Source: a virus
DNA: 44,059 nt
IMG/VR virus record: IMGVR_UViG_3300020120_000022
Direction: 5' to 3' (one strand)
The notes below the pieces were generated by a model, which did not search any database, was not told the DNA's origin, and was given only the letters and a program-made list of their open reading frames with translations. This document shows positions 1-7,671 of this stretch, piece after piece. The translations under genes were made by a program, and so were the position numbers. How positions within the stretch are numbered: the first letter of the stretch is position 1; each line of letters opens with the position of its first letter.

Positions 1-127
1 CCAGCGAGTAGGCGACATGGGTGTACCGGGTGGTCACGCCCTGCGACATGGAGTCGTATTGCGTGGCTTCGCCCTGTGCCTTGACCGGGGCGAGACCGAA
101 GCCGGTCACTTCCTGGTCTTCCTCGTA
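1..127. repeat. Left copy of 127-bp terminal overlap (identical to 43933..44059)
   Basis: Direct comparison of the first and last lines of the window. The offset of 43,932 was verified from the GTG at 44041, which corresponds to position 109. Confidence 0.95.
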
Positions 128-259
128 GGTCATCTCCGAAGTGAACACGTCGACCAGGTCGGAATATTCCTTCGGGAACTCGGTGTAGTTGGCGCCCCAG
201 CGCGCGTTCAGGCCGGGCCACAGGAGCTTGGCAATGTTGCCAGTGGAAACGACAGACAT
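1..259 (-). CDS. Major capsid protein, 5' part (gene crosses the junction: 259..1 joined to 43932..43283 = 909 nt, 302 aa)
   Basis: ATG at 259 (MSVVSTGNIAKLLWPGLNARW...) reads off the left edge in the same frame as ORF 43283..44041, and 259+650 nt is divisible by 3. It is the last large head-module gene and is followed by a hairpin terminator. Confidence 0.7.
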   Translation of the reverse strand, partial: MSVVSTGNIAKLLWPGLNARWGANYTEFPKEYSDLVDVFTSEMTYEEDQEVTGFGLAPVKAQGEATQYDSMSQGVTTRYTHVAYSL

Positions 260-262
260 GGC

Positions 263-862
263 TTAGACCCCCGCGATCTGGTTGGCGAACTGGTGACGGT
301 TGATCCGCACCAGGAAGCGGCTCGAGGCGGCGCCGGTACCCACGGCAGTGCCCGGGTCGTTGTCGGCGCGGTTGACCATGCCGACGATCTTGAGATCGAG
401 GGTGTTGGTCGTGGCTTCGGTGGTGTTGTCGATGACCGAACCGGACAGGCCGGTGACGGTCGATCCGGCGACCACCGAGATGTTGACGTTGAGGCTGACG
501 TCGTTGGCATTGAGCGGAGTACCGCCCGAGCCCTGCGCCACTTCGAACATCGCGCTCGGGTCGATGTTGACCAGAGCGATGCGCTGGGTGGAGGCGGCGC
601 GATAGACGAGGCTGTCGCGGGTATCGGCGAGGAAGCCGACCACCACGCCGCAGAACACATCACCCGACGCCGCGATGGCGATGTCGGCGAAGGTGCTGCC
701 GTTGATGAACTGGGACGTGCCGACGAGTTTGACGAGATCGCCGACGTAGATGGCGTTGGAGTCGCCGGCCGGCACCGAGAACTGACGGATCAGTCCCGAG
801 TAAACGCCGCCCGCGAGACTGCCAACGGGGCGAAGCCCAATCGGAGCTGCTGCATTGGCCAT
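263..862 (-). CDS. Head-module structural protein, 199 aa, Gly/Ala/Val/Thr-rich beta-type (possible decoration or capsid accessory protein)
   Basis: Full ORF with ATG start, 3 nt upstream of the capsid gene start, and no catalytic motifs. Function is positional only. Confidence 0.6.
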   Translation of the reverse strand: MANAAAPIGLRPVGSLAGGVYSGLIRQFSVPAGDSNAIYVGDLVKLVGTSQFINGSTFADIAIAASGDVFCGVVVGFLADTRDSLVYRAASTQRIALVNIDPSAMFEVAQGSGGTPLNANDVSLNVNISVVAGSTVTGLSGSVIDNTTEATTNTLDLKIVGMVNRADNDPGTAVGTGAASSRFLVRINRHQFANQIAGV

Positions 863-923
863 GATGGCACCCTTTGCGTTCGCGTGGAGCGCGTGGGTGC
901 CGTCAGGTCAGAGGTTGGGCACC

Positions 924-1412
924 TTAGCGATCCCGCTGGATGGAGACGCGGCCCGTCTGCTCGCTTTTCGGAACAGGCTTGCCAGCTTCATCGATGATCG
1001 CATTCATCGCGTCATCGATTGCCTTGCTTTGCGCTTCCTTCTCATCGAGACCGGCCCGGAATTCTTCGACGGGCGTTTCCATGAGATATGCGCGGAGCGG
1101 TTCCCCATTCGCCTTGGTGCCTACGAGGCGGGAAACCCGCGACCCCTCCCCAGTGCCTTCGATGGAGGTGTCGGTCACGAAGTCATACGCCAATTCCTCG
1201 GCGTGCGCAATCCTGTTGCCGGTGTCGTTGACCCAGCGGCGGATAAAGCCTTCGCGTTGGGGTGCGGCGAGCTTGAGCGCGTGCCCGCCGACCGAGGCGC
1301 GGCGACGGCGACCGGGCAGCCTGGGGGCAAGGTTCGCGGCCTCGTCGGCGCTGCGTTCAGTAACGGGCGGGCGGCCACGGCGGGCGGGGATGGTTTGGTC
1401 GGTCATGGTCAT
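924..1412 (-). CDS. Head assembly/scaffold-like protein, 162 aa
   Basis: Internal ATG (MTMTDQTIPARRGRP...) forms an ATGA overlap with the stop of the upstream zinc-ribbon gene. It has a basic N-terminus and an acidic helical C-terminus. The longer 177-aa start is Arg-rich out-of-context sequence. Confidence 0.55.
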   Translation of the reverse strand: MTMTDQTIPARRGRPPVTERSADEAANLAPRLPGRRRRASVGGHALKLAAPQREGFIRRWVNDTGNRIAHAEELAYDFVTDTSIEGTGEGSRVSRLVGTKANGEPLRAYLMETPVEEFRAGLDEKEAQSKAIDDAMNAIIDEAGKPVPKSEQTGRVSIQRDR

Positions 1413-1714
1413 TCTCCGAAGATCGCGGCAGTCTGCTCGGTGCCGCAGGACATGCATTTGAGGTGGAATAGGACATCGCGCTTGTAGGCGGTGAGGGCTT
1501 CGCAGCCACAGACGCAGCGGAACACCGCGTCACCCTCAGCCCCTCCGACAGGATAGCGCCAGACACCCTTCATGGTGCCGCAGGCTGGGCATTCCAGTTG
1601 CCATGTCCCGGTCGGTGCGACCCCTGCCCATTCGTGTCGGCACCCGATGCAGACCGCTGCCCCTGCGAGGTGTGGTGAACGTTCCTCTGCTGAGGGGAAC
1701 GGGACGACACTCAC
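1409..1714 (-). CDS. Small double zinc-ribbon protein (four CxxC pairs), about 101 aa
   Basis: Motifs CIGC, CPAC, CVCGC and CMSC. A GTG at 1714 overlaps the scaffold stop (GTGA), and the ATG at 1780 would overlap the scaffold gene by 70 nt. Confidence 0.55.
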   Translation of the reverse strand: MSVVPFPSAEERSPHLAGAAVCIGCRHEWAGVAPTGTWQLECPACGTMKGVWRYPVGGAEGDAVFRCVCGCEALTAYKRDVLFHLKCMSCGTEQTAAIFGE

Positions 1715-2526
1715 CAGCTGTAATCCTTCACATACTGTTCCTTCGTGAAGCCCGGGATGGACTTCACGAAGCGGTCGCACTGGCGCTTGGCCTCGGGCGG
1801 CAGGTCGGCATAGGAGCGCCCACCCTTCGCCCCGCCGCGATTTCCGCCGCCCGCGTTCTGCACCGGCGGTTTGTCGGCGAACTTGCGGCTGACCCGCGCG
1901 TCGATCTCCTTGAGCGCGGCCTCGAGGCCGCCAGGAAACCGATGCAACGCGCCATGCTCCTTGATCAGATCGTCGGATTGCAGGTCGGCGTAGCGGGTCT
2001 TGGCCTCGTCAGCCATGTAGTAGGGGCTGCTGTCGATCCACCGCTTCACCTGCTGTTGCGCGTCGGCCGGGGCATCGGCGGCGGGATCGTCGGCTGACCC
2101 GGTCGGCGCCGCGGGCACATCGGCCTTGAGCTCGGTGATCTCCTTCATGACCTTGCGCGCGCCGGCCACGTCGCCGGTCTCGACCGCCTCGTCATGCCGG
2201 GCCTGCAGATCCGTCATGGCGCGGGTATAGGCCCGCTCCTCGGCCTTGCTCGCGAAGGCCTGGAACTGCTTCATCGTGCGCTTGAGGTCGTCCATTTCGC
2301 GCTTGAGCGCCGCGTTCTGCTTCTTCAGGAACGGCATCACCTCGTCGGCGCGCTTCACGAAGGTTTCGGCGTCGACCCACTTTGCCGCATCGCCGCGAAA
2401 GTCGTCCTTGGGCGTCCAGCCATGCTGCCGGGCCTCAGCCTCGTAGTCGCGGGGCGCCGGGGATGTAGAGTCCCCTTCGCCGGCCGGGGTGAGATCGCCG
2501 GTATCGATCACGTCTCCACTGTCCAT
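1711..2526 (-). CDS. Scaffolding-like coiled-coil protein, 271 aa
   Basis: Start MDSGDVIDTG at 2526 shares 1 nt with the GroES-like stop (TGATG). It has a long charged helical middle (LKKQNAALKREMDDLKRTMKQFQ) and sits between portal and capsid. Confidence 0.55.
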   Translation of the reverse strand: MDSGDVIDTGDLTPAGEGDSTSPAPRDYEAEARQHGWTPKDDFRGDAAKWVDAETFVKRADEVMPFLKKQNAALKREMDDLKRTMKQFQAFASKAEERAYTRAMTDLQARHDEAVETGDVAGARKVMKEITELKADVPAAPTGSADDPAADAPADAQQQVKRWIDSSPYYMADEAKTRYADLQSDDLIKEHGALHRFPGGLEAALKEIDARVSRKFADKPPVQNAGGGNRGGAKGGRSYADLPPEAKRQCDRFVKSIPGFTKEQYVKDYSW

Positions 2527-2852
2527 CACACGCCCTCCTTCAGCGTCGCGATCACGTCGACATCGTTCATGATGCGGTAGTCGAGCCCATCGACCGGGCC
2601 CTTGACGGTCACCCCGCCGTACTTGGCGATCATCACCCGGTTGCCGGGCTGCGGCGCATCGAAGCACGGGTTGGCGCTGGCCTCGGCGAATGCGTTGGCG
2701 CCGACCGCGACCAGCGTGGCCTTGACCGTGGCGAACTTCTCCTGCTCGACCGTGGTTGGGGCGAGGATGATCCCGCCCTTGGTGACTTCCTCGACCGGAT
2801 CGGGGCGCACCAGCACCCGCACATCCAGCGGTTCAATTCCGCTCGTGTTCAT
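2526..2852 (-). CDS. GroES/Cpn10-like co-chaperonin, 108 aa
   Basis: EPLDVRVLVRPDPVEEVTKGGIILAP ... GNRVMIAKYGG ... YRIMNDVDVIATL matches the GroES pattern (RPLxDRVlVk..e.e.kTaGGIvlP ... GD.V.f..y.g ... i...DIlA). Confidence 0.8.
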   Translation of the reverse strand: MNTSGIEPLDVRVLVRPDPVEEVTKGGIILAPTTVEQEKFATVKATLVAVGANAFAEASANPCFDAPQPGNRVMIAKYGGVTVKGPVDGLDYRIMNDVDVIATLKEGV

Positions 2853-3109
2853 TCATCTTCCCCTTCTTCGTCCGTGATCCCGTAAAAGCCGCGCACATCC
2901 TCACATTTGAGGTGCGCCAGGTCCCCCAGCGTCTCCGCCTGCGCCTGCGCCTTGACCATCACCGGGCTGTCCGAGGGCACCATCCCCTCCGCCCATGACA
3001 TCGCCAGCTGCTGGCATCGGTCCGTCAGGAACTGCCGGTACGCTACCGTCAGCGGGTTCTCCGCCCATCTCAGAAACTCGTCCCGATTGGTCAGCGGGTT
3101 GTCCTTCAT
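2849..3109 (-). CDS. Hypothetical protein, 86 aa, fully overlapped out of frame by the portal 3' end
   Basis: ATG at 3109 with AAGGGG about 7 nt upstream, and an ATGA overlap with the GroES-like start. Third codon positions are almost all G/C in this frame but not in the portal frame. Confidence 0.6.
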   Translation of the reverse strand: MKDNPLTNRDEFLRWAENPLTVAYRQFLTDRCQQLAMSWAEGMVPSDSPVMVKAQAQAETLGDLAHLKCEDVRGFYGITDEEGEDE

Positions 3110-5105
3110 CGCTTGTCCCCTTCATCTGCGCGGCCACGCTGTCGGCGAGCGCAATGCCTTCGTTGAGCATGCGCGTCGCGTCGGCCTGGATGCTCATGTC
3201 GGCCAAGGTCTGGCCCAGCGCGTAGGCAGCGGTTGCGGCGTCGATCAGCGCCTTGGCCGTGGCGGCGTCGGATGCCCGCACCTCGGCGGCGGCGGTCGTC
3301 TGCTTGATCTCCAGTTCGGCGGTCTTGGCGAGGCCGGCGGGATCGGGCTGCGGCGCCGGAACCTTGAGGAGCGCAGGAATGTCGGGAATGCCGGCCGCCT
3401 CGAACTCGCGCTTGCGGATCTCGAGCTGATTGACCAGCGGATCGCCGTTGTGGCTCATCAGCACCTGCGCCTTGGCCATCTTTACCCGGTCGTTGATCGC
3501 GCGCGGGTCCGAGACCGGCTGCACGTCCAGATCCTTGTCCTGATAGTCGGCGCGACCCACCTCGACCGGGCAGTCGTTCAGGTTAAAATATTCCTTCACG
3601 TCGAGGTAATCGCGGTTCAGCCGGCGCATGATCTTGATCTCGCAGCCGAGCGCGCGGTGGATGCGCTGATAGATCGCGGTGAACACCTTCTGCCCCTGCT
3701 CGATCAGGGCGAGGGCCGTGGTCGGCGCGGTCTGGCTGTCCTGCTCGCCGGTCATGATGTCCGACACCGACGTGATGCCCTTCACGCTCTCGATCAGCAT
3801 GCCGAGCAGTTGGAACAGCGTCGCGTTCGGCCCGGGCAATTGCAGCGGCAGGATGTTGTCGCGCAGCGGGCCGGATGTGGCGCCCTCGACCCGCTTCCAT
3901 TCACCCGGGGTGAAGCGCATGTTGCCGCCGCGAATTTTCGTGCCGCCGGCGAGGAACCCGCCCTGCATGTTGGCCAGCGTGCCGGCGTCGATCAGCTGGT
4001 TGATGATGGTGTTGACCGCGGCGCCGAGCGCATCGGTGAGGGTGCCAAAGCCGAGGTCGAAGAACGATCCGTCCGGCGCCGGGATGAACCCGTACTTGGT
4101 GATGTATTCGCGGCGCTGGATGCGGATCAGCTTGAGATCGGGCAGCGATGCGCCGGGCCCGGCCGCATGAACCTCACCCATGATCTCGGCAAGGCTGACC
4201 TGCCCGTCGAACGAGGATGAGGTGAAGAACATGCTGTCGGCATCGAAACAGGCCACGATGCGGAATACCGCGCCCTGGTTGGTCAGCGTGACGATGTATG
4301 GCTCGGCGAGACCGTCGTCGTCCATGTCGATTAGGCGGAACTGCTCGAGCACTTCCACAAGGCTGTGCGGATCGTTGCCGTCATCGCCGTCGTAGGGAGC
4401 ACGGGCCCAGGTGTCGGTGCGGATGAACGCCTCGATCTCGTGCGGGTAGTACCGCTTGACGCGGGTGTAGCGCGGGGCCTTGTCGAGCGAGGTCGTGGCG
4501 ATGTTGACCACGAAATCCTTGGCGCTGAACGTCTCGGAATTGTTCTGCTGGCACACCGGATCATGCCACGTCTCGCGCAGGACACAGCCAACGATGGGCA
4601 GCTGCAGGAGAAGCTTGTCGGTGTCCTCCTCCCAGCCCGGCACGTCGTTGAGGAACTGCCAGGTCATGTGCTGAGCAATCCGTTCGGCGCGCGCGGCCTT
4701 GCTGCCATCGGGGTCTGGACCGATCACCTTGCCCTTGACCACCTCGCCGCCGTCGATGATCGCGGGATAGGCGCGGGCCTGAAACTGGATGGCGGCCTGC
4801 GTCAGCAGCGGAAAGATGACGTTCGAGGCGTTGGGCCACGGGAAGGTCTTCGGCTTGCGGACCTGCATCGCCATATCCATCGCGCGGTCGTACCGTTCGT
4901 GGAAATCCTTGCAGGTTTCGCGGTCGGTCTCGAACTCGCGCAGCGCCTCCGAACCGATGCGTCCCACATCAGCCTCGCCCAGCAGCGGCACGAGGTTGGG
5001 CGCGCCGATCACGTCGAACATGCTGACGCGCTGGGCGGTGTCGACCGCCTCGTCGTAAGCGGTGTCCTGTTCGGCGGCTTCGGGCAGGGTTTCGGCGGTG
5101 TCCAA
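2901..5105 (-). CDS. Portal protein, 734 aa
   Basis: Large ORF starting 12 nt downstream of terL, with size and position typical of portal. The last 70 aa or so are low-complexity Gly/Pro/Asp read in a low-GC3 frame. Confidence 0.75.
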   Translation of the reverse strand: MDTAETLPEAAEQDTAYDEAVDTAQRVSMFDVIGAPNLVPLLGEADVGRIGSEALREFETDRETCKDFHERYDRAMDMAMQVRKPKTFPWPNASNVIFPLLTQAAIQFQARAYPAIIDGGEVVKGKVIGPDPDGSKAARAERIAQHMTWQFLNDVPGWEEDTDKLLLQLPIVGCVLRETWHDPVCQQNNSETFSAKDFVVNIATTSLDKAPRYTRVKRYYPHEIEAFIRTDTWARAPYDGDDGNDPHSLVEVLEQFRLIDMDDDGLAEPYIVTLTNQGAVFRIVACFDADSMFFTSSSFDGQVSLAEIMGEVHAAGPGASLPDLKLIRIQRREYITKYGFIPAPDGSFFDLGFGTLTDALGAAVNTIINQLIDAGTLANMQGGFLAGGTKIRGGNMRFTPGEWKRVEGATSGPLRDNILPLQLPGPNATLFQLLGMLIESVKGITSVSDIMTGEQDSQTAPTTALALIEQGQKVFTAIYQRIHRALGCEIKIMRRLNRDYLDVKEYFNLNDCPVEVGRADYQDKDLDVQPVSDPRAINDRVKMAKAQVLMSHNGDPLVNQLEIRKREFEAAGIPDIPALLKVPAPQPDPAGLAKTAELEIKQTTAAAEVRASDAATAKALIDAATAAYALGQTLADMSIQADATRMLNEGIALADSVAAQMKGTSDEGQPADQSGRVSEMGGEPADGSVPAVPDGPMPAAGDVMGGGDGALGQPGDGQGAGAGGDAGGPGAPQM

Positions 5106-5116
5106 GGCGTGAGCTC

Positions 5117-6430
5117 CTAGTATCCAGTCACAGCGTCGGGTTCGGCGCGGTCGTAGTCGTCGTATTCGTCCACCAGCGAAGGGAGCAGCAGCGGGCGGGC
5201 GACGGCGATCAGGCCGAATGCATCGGCGCCATGGCTCGACCAGTCGTGATTGGGGCCGAGGCCTATTCCGCGCTCAGCATCGCGCTTCTCGTGATACCAG
5301 CCGATCGCGTCGATCCCGGCCTGGCACTTGCCCTCATTGAACAGCATCTGCGGGAACAGCCGCCGCGCCGCCTCGATGCGCTGGTTGGCTGCACCGGTGC
5401 CCTGGTTGGGGATGACCACCACTTCGAACCCGGCGTTGCGCAGCGCGCCCTCGTAGGTCGTGTCGTGCACCTTGTCGTGCGCCGCGCCGTCGTGCGGGAG
5501 GATGCATTGTGCCCGGCCGTAGCCATTGTCGCGCAGCCAGTTTACGTGGGCGGCGAGCGGTTGGCCGACCGCCTCGTAGTAGTCGAGCAGGCGGACCTCA
5601 GGCCCGACAAACTGCACAATCCAGATCGCCGTCGCATCGGCCTTGGCGCCGGTCCCGCCGATGTCCCATACCGCGCGGATCGTCATCAGTGGGTCGGCGG
5701 CAACGCGGCACAGGCGGCCCTCGTCGCGGGCAATGGTCAGTTGCCGGGCGTAGTAGGCACCCTCGGCTGTGGTGACGTATGCGCCCTCCCAGATGTGTTC
5801 GTACTGGTCGGGGCGTTCGCGCCGGTCCTTCACGCGCTGGCGCTCAAGGATCGCCGGAAACCACGGGTTGTCCCGCCAGTTCATCTCCACGATCTTGGCG
5901 CGCGGATCGGTGGTGTTGCGGAATCGCTGATTGGTGGCCGACGCCTTGCGCTCGGGGTTCCACGTCAGCCAGAGCTCGCTGTCTTCCTCGCGCAGGGTCG
6001 GGATCAGCTTGGTCCACGCTTCATCCGTGACCGGCTCGGCTTCCTCCACCCACGCCAGCAACAGCCGCGCTTTCGACTTGATGCTCGAAAGGTTGCGCGA
6101 CAGGCCGATGAAGCTGAACGAAATCCGCCGCGATACAGTGCGGATGTAGGTTTCGCCGATCTCAAAGTGCGGCGCCAACCAGTCCTGCGAGCGGATCGCC
6201 TCCTTCACTTCCTCGATCGAACTGTCGGCCAGTGAATTCATGAATTGGCGCGCACACAGGATGATGCCGCTGCGCCCCTGCTGGTCCCACATGTGCGCCC
6301 GGATCGCGGCCATCAGGGCGAAGGTGCGTGTCTTGCCGGATCCGCGCCCACCAAAGGCGCCGCGCACATCGGCCTCACCTTCGAACACCGGCACCAGGCG
6401 GGCAGGGATATCGATCGTGGCGCTCGTCAT
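5117..6430 (-). CDS. terL: Terminase large subunit, 437 aa
   Basis: Walker A GGRGSGKT near the N-terminus, and the N-terminal layout of PBSX/terminase_3-type large subunits. ATGA overlap with the small subunit gene. Confidence 0.9.
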   Translation of the reverse strand: MTSATIDIPARLVPVFEGEADVRGAFGGRGSGKTRTFALMAAIRAHMWDQQGRSGIILCARQFMNSLADSSIEEVKEAIRSQDWLAPHFEIGETYIRTVSRRISFSFIGLSRNLSSIKSKARLLLAWVEEAEPVTDEAWTKLIPTLREEDSELWLTWNPERKASATNQRFRNTTDPRAKIVEMNWRDNPWFPAILERQRVKDRRERPDQYEHIWEGAYVTTAEGAYYARQLTIARDEGRLCRVAADPLMTIRAVWDIGGTGAKADATAIWIVQFVGPEVRLLDYYEAVGQPLAAHVNWLRDNGYGRAQCILPHDGAAHDKVHDTTYEGALRNAGFEVVVIPNQGTGAANQRIEAARRLFPQMLFNEGKCQAGIDAIGWYHEKRDAERGIGLGPNHDWSSHGADAFGLIAVARPLLLPSLVDEYDDYDRAEPDAVTGY

Positions 6431-6768
6431 TGCGGCATCACCCCGCGCAGGATGATCTCGTGCACTGCCTTGATCGCGCCGCCGTCCTCGTCACCGGCAA
6501 GAACTTGGCTGGGCTTGCCGTAGCCGCGATCAAGAATGGCGTTGGCGGCAGACACCCGGGCCGCCTCGCTTTCGCCGGCCACCATGATCTGCGCCAACGT
6601 CTCCAGGGCTTGCGGCGTGTATTCGCGCGCCAGTTCCTTCAACGATACGGAGGCTTTGTTGGGAACACCTTTCGGACGCCCGCCTCCTTTACGCAGGTTG
6701 GCGAGGCTGGCCGAATTCGGTTTACGGCCGGTACTTTTCCGATCTGCGGTGGTGTCTGGCCCGCTCAT
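6427..6768 (-). CDS. terS: Terminase small subunit (putative), 113 aa
   Basis: Sits immediately upstream of and overlapping terL. It has a basic N-terminus (GRKPNSASLANLRKGGGRPKG) and an AILDRGYGKP motif common in small terminases of alphaproteobacterial phages (recalled, not searched). Confidence 0.6.
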   Translation of the reverse strand: MSGPDTTADRKSTGRKPNSASLANLRKGGGRPKGVPNKASVSLKELAREYTPQALETLAQIMVAGESEAARVSAANAILDRGYGKPSQVLAGDEDGGAIKAVHEIILRGVMPQ

Positions 6769-6848
6769 GGGCGAACCAATTACGCCTGAGATTCACCCGC
6801 CGCCATGTGGCAAAAATCAGATGGCGTGAATTATTTTGCGGGAACTAT

Positions 6849-7079
6849 TCAAGCCGCCAGCAGTAGCGACACCTCTGCCACGTCGATCCCGATCGGCCAG
6901 CACTCGCGGAAGTTCGGCCCGAAGGTGGCGCGCAGTATCCGATAAATGTGGCTGCGGTCGGCACCGGTCGCACGGACGACCTGCATGATGGTCTGCGGGC
7001 GGTGCTTCTCGATGTAGGTCAGAACGCGAGCCCTGGTGACTGGTGGCCGTCCGCGCATGTTTCCCCCCTCGTTGCTCAT
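6849..7079 (-). CDS. Small helix-turn-helix protein, 76 aa (start uncertain: 7103 GTG, 7079 ATG or 7058 ATG)
   Basis: RARVLTYIEKHRPQTIMQVVRATGADRSHIYRIL looks like a winged-helix/HTH. It is the first gene of the late/packaging block, and G-rich SD-like runs precede both internal ATGs. Confidence 0.5.
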   Translation of the reverse strand: MSNEGGNMRGRPPVTRARVLTYIEKHRPQTIMQVVRATGADRSHIYRILRATFGPNFRECWPIGIDVAEVSLLLAA

Positions 7080-7106
7080 TTCACCCCCGCCAGTTTGATC
7101 CACCGC

Positions 7107-7140
7107 CCGGCAAATCGGTACAGGTCGGGATATTTGCCGG
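7107..7140 (-). promoter_or_regulatory. 9-bp inverted repeat CCGGCAAAT-N16-ATTTGCCGG at the replication/late-gene boundary
   Basis: Perfect arms at 7107-7115 and 7132-7140 in the 55-bp gap between two minus-strand genes. Confidence 0.3.
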
Positions 7141-7158
7141 CCGCTCGGTTGGCGGTGG

Positions 7159-7386
7159 TCACCCGATTATCCGCTTCTTGGCGCGAGCAAGAGCAACCTC
7201 CGTCGCAAGTACAGCAATCGGCCACCGCAGATGATCGCGATCGGTGATGACGAATGTTTTTCCGACGATGACCGGTGTCAGTTCGTCCGCCACCTCCTCT
7301 GCCCAGAGAGCGATGTGTTCGGCGACAGGAAGCGTCACGTCGAAGCGTTCAGAGATCCTCTTCAGATCGTCCTCAGGGAATTCCAT
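7159..7386 (-). CDS. Hypothetical protein, 75 aa
   Basis: ATG (MEFPEDDLKR) preceded by AGGAGA at about 7 nt. The upstream GTG at 7404 lacks an SD. Confidence 0.6.
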   Translation of the reverse strand: MEFPEDDLKRISERFDVTLPVAEHIALWAEEVADELTPVIVGKTFVITDRDHLRWPIAVLATEVALARAKKRIIG

Positions 7387-7404
7387 CAACCTATCTCCTG
7401 TCAC

Positions 7405-7671
7405 TGCTCAACCCCTGCAAACGGACCGGGGGTCTGCTCCACCTCCCTCTGGGGAACCCCCCTTTAGGGGGGTCCCCAAGGGTGGAGCACCGGCCCCCTT
7501 GCTGCTCAACCTTGCTCAACCTTTGCTCAACGTTGAGAGTAAGGTTGAGCAACGCATTCCGGCCATTCTTGAGCGAGCGGGAGACCGACGAGTCGGACCC
7601 TGCTTCCACCTGCTCAACCCCTGCTCCACCCTGCCTAACAAGGTTGAGCAAACGCCGGAATTGCGCCGTTT
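7405..7671. repeat. Iteron array / putative phage origin of replication
   Basis: TGCTCAAC at 7405, 7503, 7513, 7524 and 7611. Inverted GTTGAGCA at 7544 and 7643. Variant TGCTCCAC at 7435 and 7622, and inverted at 7482. GC hairpin at 7450-7478. The region is non-coding and lies directly downstream of the helicase gene. Confidence 0.6.

Noticed and set aside
17-997. Long plus-strand ORF (326 aa) antisense to the capsid and head genes. Similar long antisense ORFs are 2907..4220(+), 5231..6235(+), 8937..9884(+), 10096..10866(+), 29650..30378(+), 34775..35830(+) and 39183..39839(+).
   Set aside because: These are typical high-GC antisense open frames. They are Arg/Gly/Ala/His-rich with no motifs, and they overlap convincingly assigned genes on the other strand.
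1711-2667. Long versions of several track ORFs: 318 aa at 1711..2667, 341 aa at 8922..9947, 234 aa at 10000..10704, 228 aa at 27622..28308, 340 aa at 41286..42308, and the 312-aa reading from 22069 treated as a normal N-terminus.
   Set aside because: The N-terminal extensions are Arg-rich translations of the upstream gene in another frame. Internal ATG/GTG codons that overlap the upstream stop codon, or follow a good SD, are better starts. The 22069 case is kept as a finding, not as a normal annotation.
6769-6848. AT-richer gap upstream of terS as a late promoter or pac site.
   Set aside because: I could not find a convincing -35/-10 pair or repeat structure, so the gap alone is not evidence.
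7405-7671. Possible CRISPR array, because of the closely spaced repeats.
   Set aside because: The repeat unit is only 8-9 nt, spacing is irregular (2-80 nt), both orientations occur, and there are no cas genes.
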